A stretch of 64,000 nucleotides of DNA from an uncultured Cytophagia bacterium (GTDB lineage: Bacteria; Zhuqueibacterota; Zhuqueibacteria; Thermofontimicrobiales; Thermofontimicrobiaceae). The DNA lies in NCBI GenBank assembly GCA_964647995.1, contig CAZYNP010000003.1, forward strand, positions 132,571-196,570, written 5' to 3'. Positions 1 through 9,953 of this stretch are shown piece by piece; positions within the stretch are counted from its first letter, which is position 1, and the number at the start of each line of letters is the position of its first letter. The notes under the pieces were generated by a model. That model was given only the letters and a program-made list of their open reading frames with translations. It searched no databases and was not told the DNA's origin. Position numbers and translations under genes: made by a program.

Positions 1-286
1 GGGAATAAATGAGAGTGGTGAGTTCGGGCCGAACCACGATTTGTCTGGCGATGATTGAGCCCTGAACAACCATGTTGTAGGCCGGTAACGCCACTGAAAA
101 TTGGAGATCGCTTAGAATTTTGAATGGATAGACCCAGACTTCAAAAATACCTCGCTCAAAACCGAGGATTGCGGATTGCTGGCCCACAGATTCACAATAG
201 GTCGTCGGGACAATGGTTCGTTGCAGTTGCAATTCTGAATCCTGGATCGGAAACCGAGGTAGTTTGAAATCTGAAATATGATCCAT
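1..286 (-). CDS. 5' part of a probable glycoside hydrolase (amylo-alpha-1,6-glucosidase/glycogen-debranching-like N-terminus); runs off the window edge
   Basis: Not in the ORF track. ATG at 286 with GGAG SD. Open frame to base 1 reads MDHISDFKLPRFPIQDSELQLQRT...VGQQSAILGFERGIFEVWVYPFKILSDLQFS...ARQIVVRPELTTLIYS, resembling the G-x-FE-x-WVYP-x-K...VRPE-x-T pattern I recall for this family. Confidence 0.55.
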   Translation of the reverse strand, partial: MDHISDFKLPRFPIQDSELQLQRTIVPTTYCESVGQQSAILGFERGIFEVWVYPFKILSDLQFSVALPAYNMVVQGSIIARQIVVRPELTTLIYS

Positions 287-370
287 CGTCTCTCCATCCG
301 TTTAAATTGAGATCACCTGGTAAATCTGCCGGGATACGATTTCTGACTGAATTTTCATGCAGTGGTCGAC

Positions 371-1072
371 TTATTTCTTTAAGCCAAAGGAATAGGTGCG
401 GGTGATCCAGATATCGGCAGGTTCGCCATCCCGTTTGGCAGGTATGTATCGGCCTTTGAGCGCTGCCTCCCGCGCGGCGTTACCACAGACCGGACTGCCA
501 GTTGTATTCTGAAGTTCGACCACTTCGATGACGCGACCGAATTTGTCGATGTGCAAATGAAGCTTGACCATGCCTTCGATGCCTTTTTTCTGCAATTCTT
601 CGGAGTATTCGGGGATCACTTCATAGATCGGTCGCGGTTGAATGATGTCCGGCTGGAGCGAGGGCATAGCCGGCCGTCCCCCGGATCCCGCCGACAACGA
701 AGTCGCATCAAAGGTCAATTCCGTATCTTCAATGGTCACATCAGCGGGAATGAGTTCATCCTCGCTGGGAATGGGAACCACTGGGCGCGGCGGCGGCTGT
801 CGTGCCCCAATCTGGCGGGTGACAGGAATGTCTTCGACCACGATGGTCAAACCATAACCTTCGCGTTTTACCCCAGCGCGCTGCTTGATTCTGGGCAACG
901 AATTGAAAAGGATTAAAACAAGCAATAGGGCAACAATCAAAGCTCTTTCGAGATTGAGGCGATATCGCTCATGGGGCGATTGTCGGTGGATTTGAGCCAA
1001 ATGTGCGCTACCATTAAAATAGATGGTTAACTGAACCGAAGGTTGTCCCTGTGGGCCGCGGTCAGGCGACAT
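371..1072 (-). CDS. tonB: Energy transducer TonB family protein
   Basis: Single TM helix (RALIVALLLVLILF), Pro-rich linker (RQPPPRPVVPIP), C-terminal TonB_C-like domain (GIEGMVKLHLHIDKFGRV...PAKRDGEPADIWI). Start moved to ATG 1072 to avoid overlap with batE; the true start could be later. Confidence 0.85.
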   Translation of the reverse strand: MSPDRGPQGQPSVQLTIYFNGSAHLAQIHRQSPHERYRLNLERALIVALLLVLILFNSLPRIKQRAGVKREGYGLTIVVEDIPVTRQIGARQPPPRPVVPIPSEDELIPADVTIEDTELTFDATSLSAGSGGRPAMPSLQPDIIQPRPIYEVIPEYSEELQKKGIEGMVKLHLHIDKFGRVIEVVELQNTTGSPVCGNAAREAALKGRYIPAKRDGEPADIWITRTYSFGLKK

Positions 1073-1088
1073 GATGCCGACGGCTGAA

Positions 1089-1856
1089 TCAGATAATTTC
1101 CAAGGCTTGCTGCTTGATCCAGCCGATCTTGCCATCGGCGAGACGGATCTTGGCCCAGTCTCCTCGTGATTCCTCGACTTTTAATTTGACCCCCCGATGG
1201 AGTGCGAACAGCTCGGTGCCCTGATCATCGGGCGAGCTCAGGACATCAATTTTATCTACCAGAACGATCGCATAATGTAGTGTGCTGTTTTCATGGATCC
1301 GGATGATAAAAATCGTGCCTACCAGCAGCAGCAGCACCAATCCGGGAATCAGCGCTATCCGAACCACCCGCTGGATGCTTGTGCTCCGCAGCAGGATTCG
1401 CATGATGATTAGCCCCATCACCAGCAAGTAGCAAAATACCGTCAGCAGGGTGAGCGTTTTCAAGCCCCAGAGATTCTTCAAATCCGATGCCATTTTGAAC
1501 AGAAAAAACTGAGGCGGCACCACGATTTTATCCACCACCTGAAGATTGGCCAGGTCCAGATTGAATTTTATATCTTCATTTTTCGGATTCAATTTCAGGG
1601 CTCGTTCATAATTTAAAATAGCACGGCCCAGGTCTCGTGATTTATAGTACGCGTTGCCCAGGTTGTAATACAATTGCCAGCTTTCATAGCCGCCATTGCG
1701 GATTTCCAGATATTTCTCGATTGCCTGCTGGTATTGTTCTTTCTGATACAGTTGATTGGCCTGATCGAAAAGGTGTTGGTTGTGATCGGCATGCACCTGT
1801 ATATTGAGCGCAATAACCAGGCATATCGAGAAAAAAGCTATTTTCAATCGCCTCAT
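1089..1856 (-). CDS. batE: BatE-like protein (signal peptide, TPR, 2 TM, C-terminal SH3b)
   Basis: TPR (LYYNLGNAYYKSRDLGRAILNYERALKLNP), two TM helices, SH3 tail (LHRGVKLKVEESRGDWAKIRLADGKIGWI); position after batD. Confidence 0.88.
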   Translation of the reverse strand: MRRLKIAFFSICLVIALNIQVHADHNQHLFDQANQLYQKEQYQQAIEKYLEIRNGGYESWQLYYNLGNAYYKSRDLGRAILNYERALKLNPKNEDIKFNLDLANLQVVDKIVVPPQFFLFKMASDLKNLWGLKTLTLLTVFCYLLVMGLIIMRILLRSTSIQRVVRIALIPGLVLLLLVGTIFIIRIHENSTLHYAIVLVDKIDVLSSPDDQGTELFALHRGVKLKVEESRGDWAKIRLADGKIGWIKQQALEII

Positions 1857-1904
1857 CGGTTTGATCTTACCTCATGTTTATCCATCGGTCAGAACATTTT
1901 CCGG

Positions 1905-3752
1905 TTATACCACTTTCTCCAGAGCAATAATGGCTTCCCGCGCCTGATCAAAGAATTTTTCCATATCCTCCTGCCTGGCGGTCGCCGGAGCAAATCGCTG
2001 ATAGTCGCACACCTGCAAACAGGCCAGATACTGCTGAATCACCTGCGGATCGATGTTGCGCGCTTTCATCAGCTCTTCCACCTGATCGGTGATAATGCCG
2101 GCAGCGGAGATATTGAATTTATCACCCAAAAAACCCATCAACGATTTGGCAATTTCGGCATAAAACGGCTTTTGTGTCTTCTCCGACAGCAGCTTCTTCG
2201 CCTTGTGCAACCGTTTCATGGCGATCTGATTGGCGCGCCGACTACGAGCATAGGCAACATTCTCACTCAACATATCCAGATGCTGCCGATAAGCAATCGC
2301 AGCCGCAACCATCAGCACCGGCAAAATGAACAGCAGCAGAAAGCCAAATTGGCGATAAGCATAAGTGCCAATCTTCTCAAATTCGGGCGAAGCTAACTGA
2401 ATAAAGCGAATGTCCTGGCCTACCAATTTCACTTCCTCTTTGGACAGGCCGGAAGTCGTCGTTAAAAATTCATCGCTGCCCTTTTGAACATCGATGATGA
2501 ATTCCGGCGTGCTCAGCGTTTTATAGCTTTTGCTGGCCAGATCAAAAAATGAAAAGAGAACCGGTTTGATCCGATGCAGCCCAGGATAGCGAGGGATCAG
2601 CACATATTCAAATGTCTTGTTCCCTGAAATACCACTTTCGGCCCGGTTGATGTTTTCAGAAATCTTGGGTTCATATTTTTCAAAATCCGGGGGCACCTCC
2701 AGTACAGGCGTCGGCACCATTTTGATATTGCCGGTTCCGGATATTTTTACCACCAGTGAAATGGCTTCATTGGTTTTTACCGCCTGCTTGTCCACATTCG
2801 CCGACAGATTGAACTGCCCTGCCAACCCCGAAAAATTGGCGGGTTTACCACCTTCTGGCAGCGGCATAACTTCGATGGTAATCGGATTGGACGCGATCGC
2901 TTTGGTAACCGACCGCCCAAAAAAGGGATCGTCAAAGAAGCTATCGAAAATGGACCGACGCTGCGTCTGCACCCGCACATTACATTCGATCTGCATCGGC
3001 CCGACGGTCTTGGTACCTGCCGCAGTGGGGAACATCACCTGGCGTTTGATTTCAGCCACAATATACTTCTTGCCATTGTAAATCTCTTCATGAGTCGGCG
3101 GCTGATTGCCCATGGGATATTCTTCCACCCAAAATCCCGCTGTTTCGGGCAGCTTATTGATTCCATATTGGGTTACAGTCACCCGAGTGTAGATTTTATA
3201 CGAGAGCACCACCGGCTCATTCACATACACCCGGCGCTTGCTGACCACCGCCCTCAAAAATAGATTTTCATCTGTTCCCGGAGTTAGCGGCTGATCGAAC
3301 GATGGCGCAGGGGTTCGGGGTGCAGCCGAGCCGGGCGGTTGCCCCGAACGGGAAGAGACAATTTCGATTTCAATGGGATTGGAGCTGTAGCTGCTACCAT
3401 TGAATTGGACCGTGACCGCCGGAATGGTAAATTTGCCCAACTGGGTGGTCATATATGTAAATGAATAGCTGATCGAGACACTCATGCGACCATTGATGAT
3501 CTGAATGTTTTGAGAGGTGCCGGAACTACCCATGTAGGTGGCAAACGCGCTCAAATCCGGAATCGTTGGCTCGCCCGCTTTATTAGCTTTATCGCCGGAG
3601 AGCGTTACTTCCAGCGTAAACGTTTCATTCAAACCGATCACCGTCCGATCAACAGAGGAGGTGATTTGAATATCTGCGCTCCAGGCAAGGCTGATGCTAC
3701 CGGCAATGACGATTACCATTGCCAAAATTTTATCGAACATTTGCCATTTCAT
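1905..3752 (-). CDS. batD: BatD family protein
   Basis: Repeated Ig-like BatD units (SSGTSQNIQIINGRMS; GFWVEE; FSGLAGQFNLSA; FEYVLIPRYPG), TM near the C-terminus, operon context. Confidence 0.9.
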   Translation of the reverse strand: MKWQMFDKILAMVIVIAGSISLAWSADIQITSSVDRTVIGLNETFTLEVTLSGDKANKAGEPTIPDLSAFATYMGSSGTSQNIQIINGRMSVSISYSFTYMTTQLGKFTIPAVTVQFNGSSYSSNPIEIEIVSSRSGQPPGSAAPRTPAPSFDQPLTPGTDENLFLRAVVSKRRVYVNEPVVLSYKIYTRVTVTQYGINKLPETAGFWVEEYPMGNQPPTHEEIYNGKKYIVAEIKRQVMFPTAAGTKTVGPMQIECNVRVQTQRRSIFDSFFDDPFFGRSVTKAIASNPITIEVMPLPEGGKPANFSGLAGQFNLSANVDKQAVKTNEAISLVVKISGTGNIKMVPTPVLEVPPDFEKYEPKISENINRAESGISGNKTFEYVLIPRYPGLHRIKPVLFSFFDLASKSYKTLSTPEFIIDVQKGSDEFLTTTSGLSKEEVKLVGQDIRFIQLASPEFEKIGTYAYRQFGFLLLFILPVLMVAAAIAYRQHLDMLSENVAYARSRRANQIAMKRLHKAKKLLSEKTQKPFYAEIAKSLMGFLGDKFNISAAGIITDQVEELMKARNIDPQVIQQYLACLQVCDYQRFAPATARQEDMEKFFDQAREAIIALEKVV

Positions 3753-3939
3753 AACTTATGACCTCTATGGTTCCATAGCCAACATCGCACTGCGCCGCAA
3801 ATCGGGGTCAATTAGCATCATACGGCGTCACCGCGTTGGCGGCTAATTGAACATCAGCAAATTGTTATTTTCGCGCAGGCCATCCGTGCTGCCTATCGAG
3901 TCAAAATCCACGCTGGCCGAACGAAATAATGTCACCCCA

Positions 3940-4704
3940 TTACCAATCCTTGAGCACCCGAACGCGTGCCTGCCGGACAGACTTCTTTTCTTTTTGCAGA
4001 TCTTTTTCATCCTCTTTCAATGCGTTGAGAATGCGTTCGGCTTCCTCCTTGCTCATCTGCGATTGATCTTTTTTCTCAGGTGTCTGCTGTTCTTTCTGTT
4101 GGGACTGTTGTTCTTCCGATTGCTGTGGTTCTTGTTGCTGTTGTTCCTCTTTCTGTTGCTCCTCGTTGCTCTGGGATTGCTGCTGATCTTGTTGCTGTTG
4201 CTGTTGTTGTTGCTGCTGTTGTTGATTATTTTGTGGCTGCTTTTGAGCCTGTTCCTTCAATTTGGCTCTGACAAATTCTAAATTATATTTGGCATCCTGA
4301 TCATCGGGATTGAGTTTTAGCGCCTGCGTGTAGGCCAGGATGCTCTCCGGCAATTTGCCCATGCGATATAGGGCATTGCCCATGTTATAATAGCTCTGGG
4401 ATTGCTTCAAAACGTCATTGACAGCGAGGCTCTTTTCATAATTTTTCATCGATTCTTCATAGTTCTTCTTTTTATACAGGGCGTTCCCAATATTGAAATG
4501 AATAATCGGATTGTCGGGATTGTTCACCAGAGCATCCCGATATTTATTATTGGCCTCGTCATATTTCTCCTGCTGGTACAAGCGATTCCCTTCCAGCACT
4601 TGCTGGCGAGCCGATTGCGCAGCCAGCATGGCAGGCAGTAACAGTACCGCGACCACCAGCCAGGCTCCCCAACGATGTGATTGGTTGATGTTAAAATCTC
4701 CCAT
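3940..4704 (-). CDS. batC: BatC-like TPR protein with Gln-rich linker
   Basis: Signal peptide, three TPRs (GNRLYQQEKYDEA; FNIGNALYKKKNYEE; YNMGNALYRMGKLPESI), poly-Q linker, typical end EAERILNALKEDEKDLQ...KDW. Confidence 0.85.
   Translation of the reverse strand: MGDFNINQSHRWGAWLVVAVLLLPAMLAAQSARQQVLEGNRLYQQEKYDEANNKYRDALVNNPDNPIIHFNIGNALYKKKNYEESMKNYEKSLAVNDVLKQSQSYYNMGNALYRMGKLPESILAYTQALKLNPDDQDAKYNLEFVRAKLKEQAQKQPQNNQQQQQQQQQQQQDQQQSQSNEEQQKEEQQQQEPQQSEEQQSQQKEQQTPEKKDQSQMSKEEAERILNALKEDEKDLQKEKKSVRQARVRVLKDW
4085..4245 (-). repeat. CAA/CAG low-complexity tract encoding a poly-Gln/Glu linker
   Basis: ttg/ctg triplet runs on the + strand; translation QQQQQQQQQQQQDQQQSQSNEEQQKEEQQQQ. Confidence 0.9.
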
Positions 4705-5719
4705 GCCATTCCTCTTTTACTTTTCGGCGCTCTGAAACAAAGACCTCGGCAACCAGCAGCACCAGAGCGATGATCAACAGATATTGGAAACGATCCTCAT
4801 ATTGTGAAAACTTGAGGGAAGCCAATTCCTTTTTTTCCATCTTCGATATTTCATCGTACAACTTGCGCAATTCGCTCTCGCTGCCGGTGGCTCGATAGTA
4901 TTTGCCGCCAGTTTGCAAAGCAATTTTCTCCAGGGTAATTTCATCCAATTTGCTGGTAACCACCTGGTCATCTCGATCCTTCTTGAAACCAACATTGCGG
5001 CCGCTTTCATTATACAGCGGTATCGGGACGCCCTGCACCGAGCCAATTCCCACGGTATGAATCACCACGCCATCTTTTTCGGCCAGCTCGGCCGCTTTCA
5101 ATGGCTCGCCCTCATGATCTTCGCCATCGGTGATCAAAATCAGCACCTTATGCTTGCGCTCCCGCTGATCGAATGTCTCCATGGCCTTCATGATGGCCGC
5201 ACCGATCGCAGTGCCCGGCTGCGGAATCAGATTGGTATCCATGATCTCCAGAAACATTTTCGCCGCCCCATAATCCAGCGTCAATGGGCACTGCACAAAT
5301 GGCACTCCGGCGAAGGCAATCAAACCCACCCGGTCGCCTTGCAACAGATCGATCAAATTGCTGACCATGTGTTTGGCTTTTTCCAGCCGGTTGGGCTTGA
5401 TATCTTCGGCCTGCATGGATAGCGAAACATCGATGGCGATTAAAATATCCACTCCTTCGCGCTTCACTTCTTCCAGCTTGGTGCCGATCTGCGGTTTCGC
5501 CAATGCCAGGATCATGAACAAAATCGCCAACAGCAACAAAGAAATCTTGCCCACCTGTCGCTGGCGGCTGATCGATTGCGTCAATTTCTTGATGAGCTCC
5601 AAATTGCCAAATCGCTGCAGCGCCGCCTTTTTCCAGCGAAAAACCATGACATAAAAAGCAATCAAAATGGGTATTAGCCACAGAAGATAAAGATACATTA
5701 CATTGTCAAAGCGAAACAT
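4691..5719 (-). CDS. batB: BatB-like vWA domain membrane protein
   Basis: N-terminal BatA TM segment, MIDAS DVSLSM, GDRVGLIAFAG, PLTLDY, LITDGED, C-terminal TM. Confidence 0.92.
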   Translation of the reverse strand: MFRFDNVMYLYLLWLIPILIAFYVMVFRWKKAALQRFGNLELIKKLTQSISRQRQVGKISLLLLAILFMILALAKPQIGTKLEEVKREGVDILIAIDVSLSMQAEDIKPNRLEKAKHMVSNLIDLLQGDRVGLIAFAGVPFVQCPLTLDYGAAKMFLEIMDTNLIPQPGTAIGAAIMKAMETFDQRERKHKVLILITDGEDHEGEPLKAAELAEKDGVVIHTVGIGSVQGVPIPLYNESGRNVGFKKDRDDQVVTSKLDEITLEKIALQTGGKYYRATGSESELRKLYDEISKMEKKELASLKFSQYEDRFQYLLIIALVLLVAEVFVSERRKVKEEWHGRF

Positions 5720-5813
5720 ATCTCGTAACCTGCCCGCTATCTATTCTTTAAAAAATTAAAGGCACCTGATCAAAACTTTGGCTTGTCGCGGCCACCGTCA
5801 TCCCAACCCTGCC

Positions 5814-6809
5814 TTATGGAATCTTGCGGAAGCGCGTGTTGGCCAGCACAATTTCCACCAGCAGCACCGCCAGGGCAAGCGCTAAAAAATTGACAAACAG
5901 TTCGGTATAGCGAGTGAATTCCTTCACTTCAATTTTGGTTTTCTCTAACTGACCGATTTCGCGATAGATATTTTCCAGACTGGTCTTGTCGGTAGCCCGA
6001 TAGTATTTGCCACCGGTAATATTGGCAATCCGGGTGAGCATTTCGTCATCGATATCCACCTGCATCGGCACATACCGGCGCCCCAAAAATGGATCGTCAA
6101 TGGGATACATTGCCTCGCCACGCTTCCCCGCGCCAATGGTGTAGATGCGAACATTGAGCGCTTTGGCAATTTGCGCCGCGGTGATGGGATCGATTTCCCC
6201 GCGATTGTTGCGCCCGTCGGTCAACAGGATCACCACCTTGCTTTTGGCTTTGCTCATTCGCAGTCGATTGACGCAGTTGGCAATTGCCATGCCAATCGCT
6301 GTGCCGTCTTCAATCATACCGATATGGATCTCTTTCAGAAAATTCAACAAAATGCCATAATCCAGCGTCAGGGGACACTGGGTAAAGCTCTTGCCAGAAA
6401 ATACCACCATCCCGATTCGATCATTGGTTCGCTCTCGGATGAATTGGGAAGCCACCTCTTTGGTTACGTCGAGGCGATTTTTATGCTGCTCCAGATCCTC
6501 GGCCAGCATGCTGCTGGATATATCCATGGCCAGGATAATATCAATGCCCTCGGTGATGATTTTCTCCTCTTTGGCACTGGATTGAGGTCGCGCAAAGCCA
6601 ATGATTATCAATGAAATCACCACCACCCGCAGCAGAAATAGAATATGGCGAAAGCGCTGCGAGGGCGTTCGGCTGACGCCCTTGATGACTCCCAGATTGG
6701 AGAAACGCAGAGTACCGCTGGCTTTCACCCGGCGCTGGAGATACCAGAAGATCATCAATGGCACAATGGCCAATAAAATCAAAAATTCCGGATTGGCAAA
6801 ACGAACCAT
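5814..6809 (-). CDS. batA: BatA-like vWA domain membrane protein
   Basis: MVRFANPEFL start, MIDAS DISSSM, DRIGMVVF, GTAIGMAI, LLTDGRNNRG, ITGGKYYRATD. Confidence 0.93.
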   Translation of the reverse strand: MVRFANPEFLILLAIVPLMIFWYLQRRVKASGTLRFSNLGVIKGVSRTPSQRFRHILFLLRVVVISLIIIGFARPQSSAKEEKIITEGIDIILAMDISSSMLAEDLEQHKNRLDVTKEVASQFIRERTNDRIGMVVFSGKSFTQCPLTLDYGILLNFLKEIHIGMIEDGTAIGMAIANCVNRLRMSKAKSKVVILLTDGRNNRGEIDPITAAQIAKALNVRIYTIGAGKRGEAMYPIDDPFLGRRYVPMQVDIDDEMLTRIANITGGKYYRATDKTSLENIYREIGQLEKTKIEVKEFTRYTELFVNFLALALAVLLVEIVLANTRFRKIP

Positions 6810-6812
6810 CGA

Positions 6813-7898
6813 CTACTGCACCTCCTTCGATTCTGGCTCAATAACTTCCGCCGGCGCTGCCGGCTCGCCGGGCACTGTCACCGCGGCTGGAGTGGCCGGA
6901 GTCTCCGGCTCGAGAATAAGCTTGGTGGTGTTCACAATCTCAAACGCCTGATCGATCACCTGCTGATTTTCTGCCGGCGTTGGGATGTATTTGGCAAATT
7001 TGACCAGATCGCAGGCCATCAAAAAATCTTCCACCATCCGGATCGGCTCGGCCTCGATTTCGGCCTGGTGCATGGCGTCGATCAACTGCCCCGTCGTCAT
7101 CTCCAGGGCCGAAATGAAATACCGGCCTTCAATATAACGGCGGATTATTTCGGATATGCGGCTGTAAAAAGCCTTCACCTCCCCTTGCTCCAACAATTGC
7201 AACTGCAATAATTGCTCCAGTTCCTCCAGGGCAATCTCATGGGAGGGCCGCTTGGGTTTCTCGCGGGTCGGTAGCAATGATTTACCCTGTCGCAGCCGTC
7301 GCACATACCAGAAAACCAACACGGCAATCAAGATAATCAACAAACCGGCGACCGCAAAACGAACAATCCGCTTCCAGTCGCGCGGAATTATCAGTGGCGG
7401 CTTGATGTCTCGAATATCGCCGGCCTGGCTCGGTTTCACGCTTTCGACAACAATGGCGATTTTTTCGGTCGTCAGCTCATAACGCGTGGTGTCATTGGGC
7501 AGCGTATAGCGTACGCTCACCGGAGGAATCTCATAGTTCCCGATATCGTAGGTCGAAATTAGGTATTCCCGCTGCTGAATGATCTCACCAGCGCGCGATT
7601 CGGGCGCCAGGTCTTTGTAATCGCGAATTTCGAACGCGCCGAGGTTGGCGCCCAATTCCGGCATTTCCACGGCCACCTTTTCACCATGGGTGACGATAAT
7701 CGAATATCTGATCAGATCGCCGATGGTAATTTTGCTGCGATCCACTCTCGCTTCCAGAGCAACTCGGCCCTCAGCCGCCAACAATAGGGATTGCCAACCA
7801 ATCCACCACCAGAAAATAAGGTATTTGATACGCCCGTGTGGTTTTGTCATTTTCAATGGCCCTAACCAAGACAATATTTCGTTTGAACTCACCTTCAT
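6813..7898 (-). CDS. BatD-like/DUF4381-type membrane protein of MoxR-vWA operons
   Basis: Ig-like N-terminus (ITIGDLIRYSIIV), DIRDIKPP, TM, then ALEELEQL...FYSRISEIIRRYIEGRY...ALEMTT...DLVKFAK. ATGA-coupled to the upstream gene. Confidence 0.75.
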   Translation of the reverse strand: MKVSSNEILSWLGPLKMTKPHGRIKYLIFWWWIGWQSLLLAAEGRVALEARVDRSKITIGDLIRYSIIVTHGEKVAVEMPELGANLGAFEIRDYKDLAPESRAGEIIQQREYLISTYDIGNYEIPPVSVRYTLPNDTTRYELTTEKIAIVVESVKPSQAGDIRDIKPPLIIPRDWKRIVRFAVAGLLIILIAVLVFWYVRRLRQGKSLLPTREKPKRPSHEIALEELEQLLQLQLLEQGEVKAFYSRISEIIRRYIEGRYFISALEMTTGQLIDAMHQAEIEAEPIRMVEDFLMACDLVKFAKYIPTPAENQQVIDQAFEIVNTTKLILEPETPATPAAVTVPGEPAAPAEVIEPESKEVQ

Positions 7899-8893
7899 CT
7901 CAATACATCATCCAGAATTTGCACGTTCTCGGCCACCATCAATCGCTGGATCAATTCTTCATAAATTTGCTTCTGCTTTTCGAGTACCAGGTCCTGAGTG
8001 ACCTGCTTTTGGACTTCATCCAGCGGCTTTTCGCGAACCACGTTGCCTTTGTCATCTTTCTCAGCATACTTTGATTTATTGGCCTGGTAGTACAGCTCTA
8101 CATCAGCCGGCTCGATTTTGATCTTGCTGGAAATCTGTTCTTGCAACAACTTTTGCACCATAAAATTCTTCTTCGCCTGAAACGCCGCGTCCACAACTTC
8201 GGTATCTTTGTCCAACCCCTGGCGCACTGCCGAATCGTATAACAACTCGGTCAGGATATATTGCTTCAGGAATTCCACTTTTTTCTCCTTGGTGGTATAA
8301 ATCGACCGCAATTCGGGCGGCAACTGGCTCAATTCGAAATCGATGTCGCCCTGGGTAATCTCCCGGCTACCAATGCGCGCCACCACTGCACCGGGGCGTT
8401 TGGTCGCTAACTTTTCCGGCTCCAGCGTCGTGGATTCCGTGAGCTTCTGCTGCGCATCCTCAGGCCGCTGTAATCGCTCCAGACATGCAACGATCTTCTG
8501 ATCCACCGCGCGCAACAGTTCATCCTTGGGATGCAAATAGCGGATGCGAATATAATAGGCCAGCGCATTTTCATAGTCCCGCAACCGCTCAAAATAGATG
8601 TCACCGATGGTATAGCTGATGTTCGCCTGCTCGCTCTCATCCAGGGGATAGCTGTGCAAATAGCGCTCATACTCGGCGACCGATTGCCGGAATAACTGGC
8701 GATTGTAAAGCTCATTGGCATAATTACGTGCTTGCTCTTTGCTTAAATTGCTGGTGGTAGGCTTCGAGCAACCGATCAATAGCAACCAAGCCAGCAGGAC
8801 AAACCCTGCTTTTTTGAGTAACGGATAGACCGCCATGATCGCTCGATCATTAGCGTTTAGCCTCGTCCACTTTCCGTTTGAGAAATTCCTCAT
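7895..8893 (-). CDS. TPR lipoprotein fused to a PrsA/SurA-type chaperone scaffold lacking the parvulin domain
   Basis: Lipobox LLIGC, TPRs, then VVARIGSREITQGDID...FLKQYILTELLYDSAVRQGLDKD...VELYYQANKSKY...KPLDEVQKQV; strong GGAGG SD. Confidence 0.7.
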   Translation of the reverse strand: MRNFSNGKWTRLNANDRAIMAVYPLLKKAGFVLLAWLLLIGCSKPTTSNLSKEQARNYANELYNRQLFRQSVAEYERYLHSYPLDESEQANISYTIGDIYFERLRDYENALAYYIRIRYLHPKDELLRAVDQKIVACLERLQRPEDAQQKLTESTTLEPEKLATKRPGAVVARIGSREITQGDIDFELSQLPPELRSIYTTKEKKVEFLKQYILTELLYDSAVRQGLDKDTEVVDAAFQAKKNFMVQKLLQEQISSKIKIEPADVELYYQANKSKYAEKDDKGNVVREKPLDEVQKQVTQDLVLEKQKQIYEELIQRLMVAENVQILDDVLR

Positions 8894-8941
8894 TTTTAAC
8901 TCCTCCTTGGGCCACTAACCTATTGTTTGCTGCATCAACTG

Positions 8942-9820
8942 CTATCGAAAACGCCGGGCGCGCATTCGAAAGAAACGGATCAACGGCTCAATGTACGATT
9001 GATCGGTACGAATATCAATGTGATCGACATTGATGGATCGGAACAATTTATCGCGATATTGAATATCATCCAGCGACCGCCGGGCATAACTATGCCGCAC
9101 CTCGGCGTAGGACGTATCCACCAGCACCACCTCACCGGTTTCCGCATCTTCCAATTCGATAAAACCAACATCGGGAAGTTCCAGTTCTCGGGGATCGGTG
9201 ATGGTAATCGAAACCACATCGTGCCGGCGATTGGCAATCTGCAGCGCCTTTTCATAGCCGGTATTGATGAAATCAGATACCAAAAAGGCCACACAGCGCC
9301 GTTTTATCACTCGATTTAGATACTCCAGCGCGTGAGCGATATTGGTCTGGGTGCCCTGGGGCCGGTGATACAGCAATTCTCGCAATACCCGGAGCACATG
9401 GGATTTGCCTTTCTTGGGCGGTATGAATTTTTCAATGGTATCGGTAAAAATCATCAGACCGACCTTATCATTGTTTTTAATTGCCGAGAACGCCAGCAGC
9501 GCACAAATCTCAATGGCAATCTCGCCCTTCATCCGCTGGTAGGTACCAAAATTGCCCGAAGAGCTGACATCCACCAACAACATCACCGTTAGCTCGCGCT
9601 CCTCTTCATAAATTTTCACGTAAGGATGTCCCATCCGGGCGGTCACATTCCAATCGATCGTCCGGATGTCATCCCCCATCTGGTACTCCCGCACCTCTGA
9701 AAATTCCATGCCCCGGCCTTTGAATACCGAATGGTATTCGCCAGAAAAGACATCGTTGACCATCCCCCGGGTGGTGATCTCGATGCGTTTGACTTTTTTT
9801 AAAATTTCCTTGGGGATCAT
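8942..9820 (-). CDS. DUF58 domain protein
   Basis: GEYHSVFKGRGMEFSEVREYQMGDDIRTIDWNVTAR signature; follows moxR. Confidence 0.95.
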   Translation of the reverse strand: MIPKEILKKVKRIEITTRGMVNDVFSGEYHSVFKGRGMEFSEVREYQMGDDIRTIDWNVTARMGHPYVKIYEEERELTVMLLVDVSSSGNFGTYQRMKGEIAIEICALLAFSAIKNNDKVGLMIFTDTIEKFIPPKKGKSHVLRVLRELLYHRPQGTQTNIAHALEYLNRVIKRRCVAFLVSDFINTGYEKALQIANRRHDVVSITITDPRELELPDVGFIELEDAETGEVVLVDTSYAEVRHSYARRSLDDIQYRDKLFRSINVDHIDIRTDQSYIEPLIRFFRMRARRFR

Positions 9821-9895
9821 TTTTCCGTATTATTCCCATTCAGCTCAGGTGATCTAATAGCCAGCGATCGTTTCCATTCCAGTCATGTGAACAAT

Positions 9896-9934
9896 CGGCA
9901 ACGGGGAGATCTCAATTCCGGTAAGCCGTTGCCG
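9896..9934. other. Intergenic stem-loop between moxR and DUF58
   Basis: CGGCAACGG (9896-9904) and CCGTTGCCG (9926-9934) form a perfect 9-bp inverted repeat with no U-tract. Confidence 0.45.
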
Positions 9935-9953
9935 CTCAACCGCAGATGGCCTC

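Noticed and set aside
3847-4281. Leu-rich 'membrane protein' ORF on the + strand
   Set aside because: Antisense shadow of the poly-Gln tract in batC.
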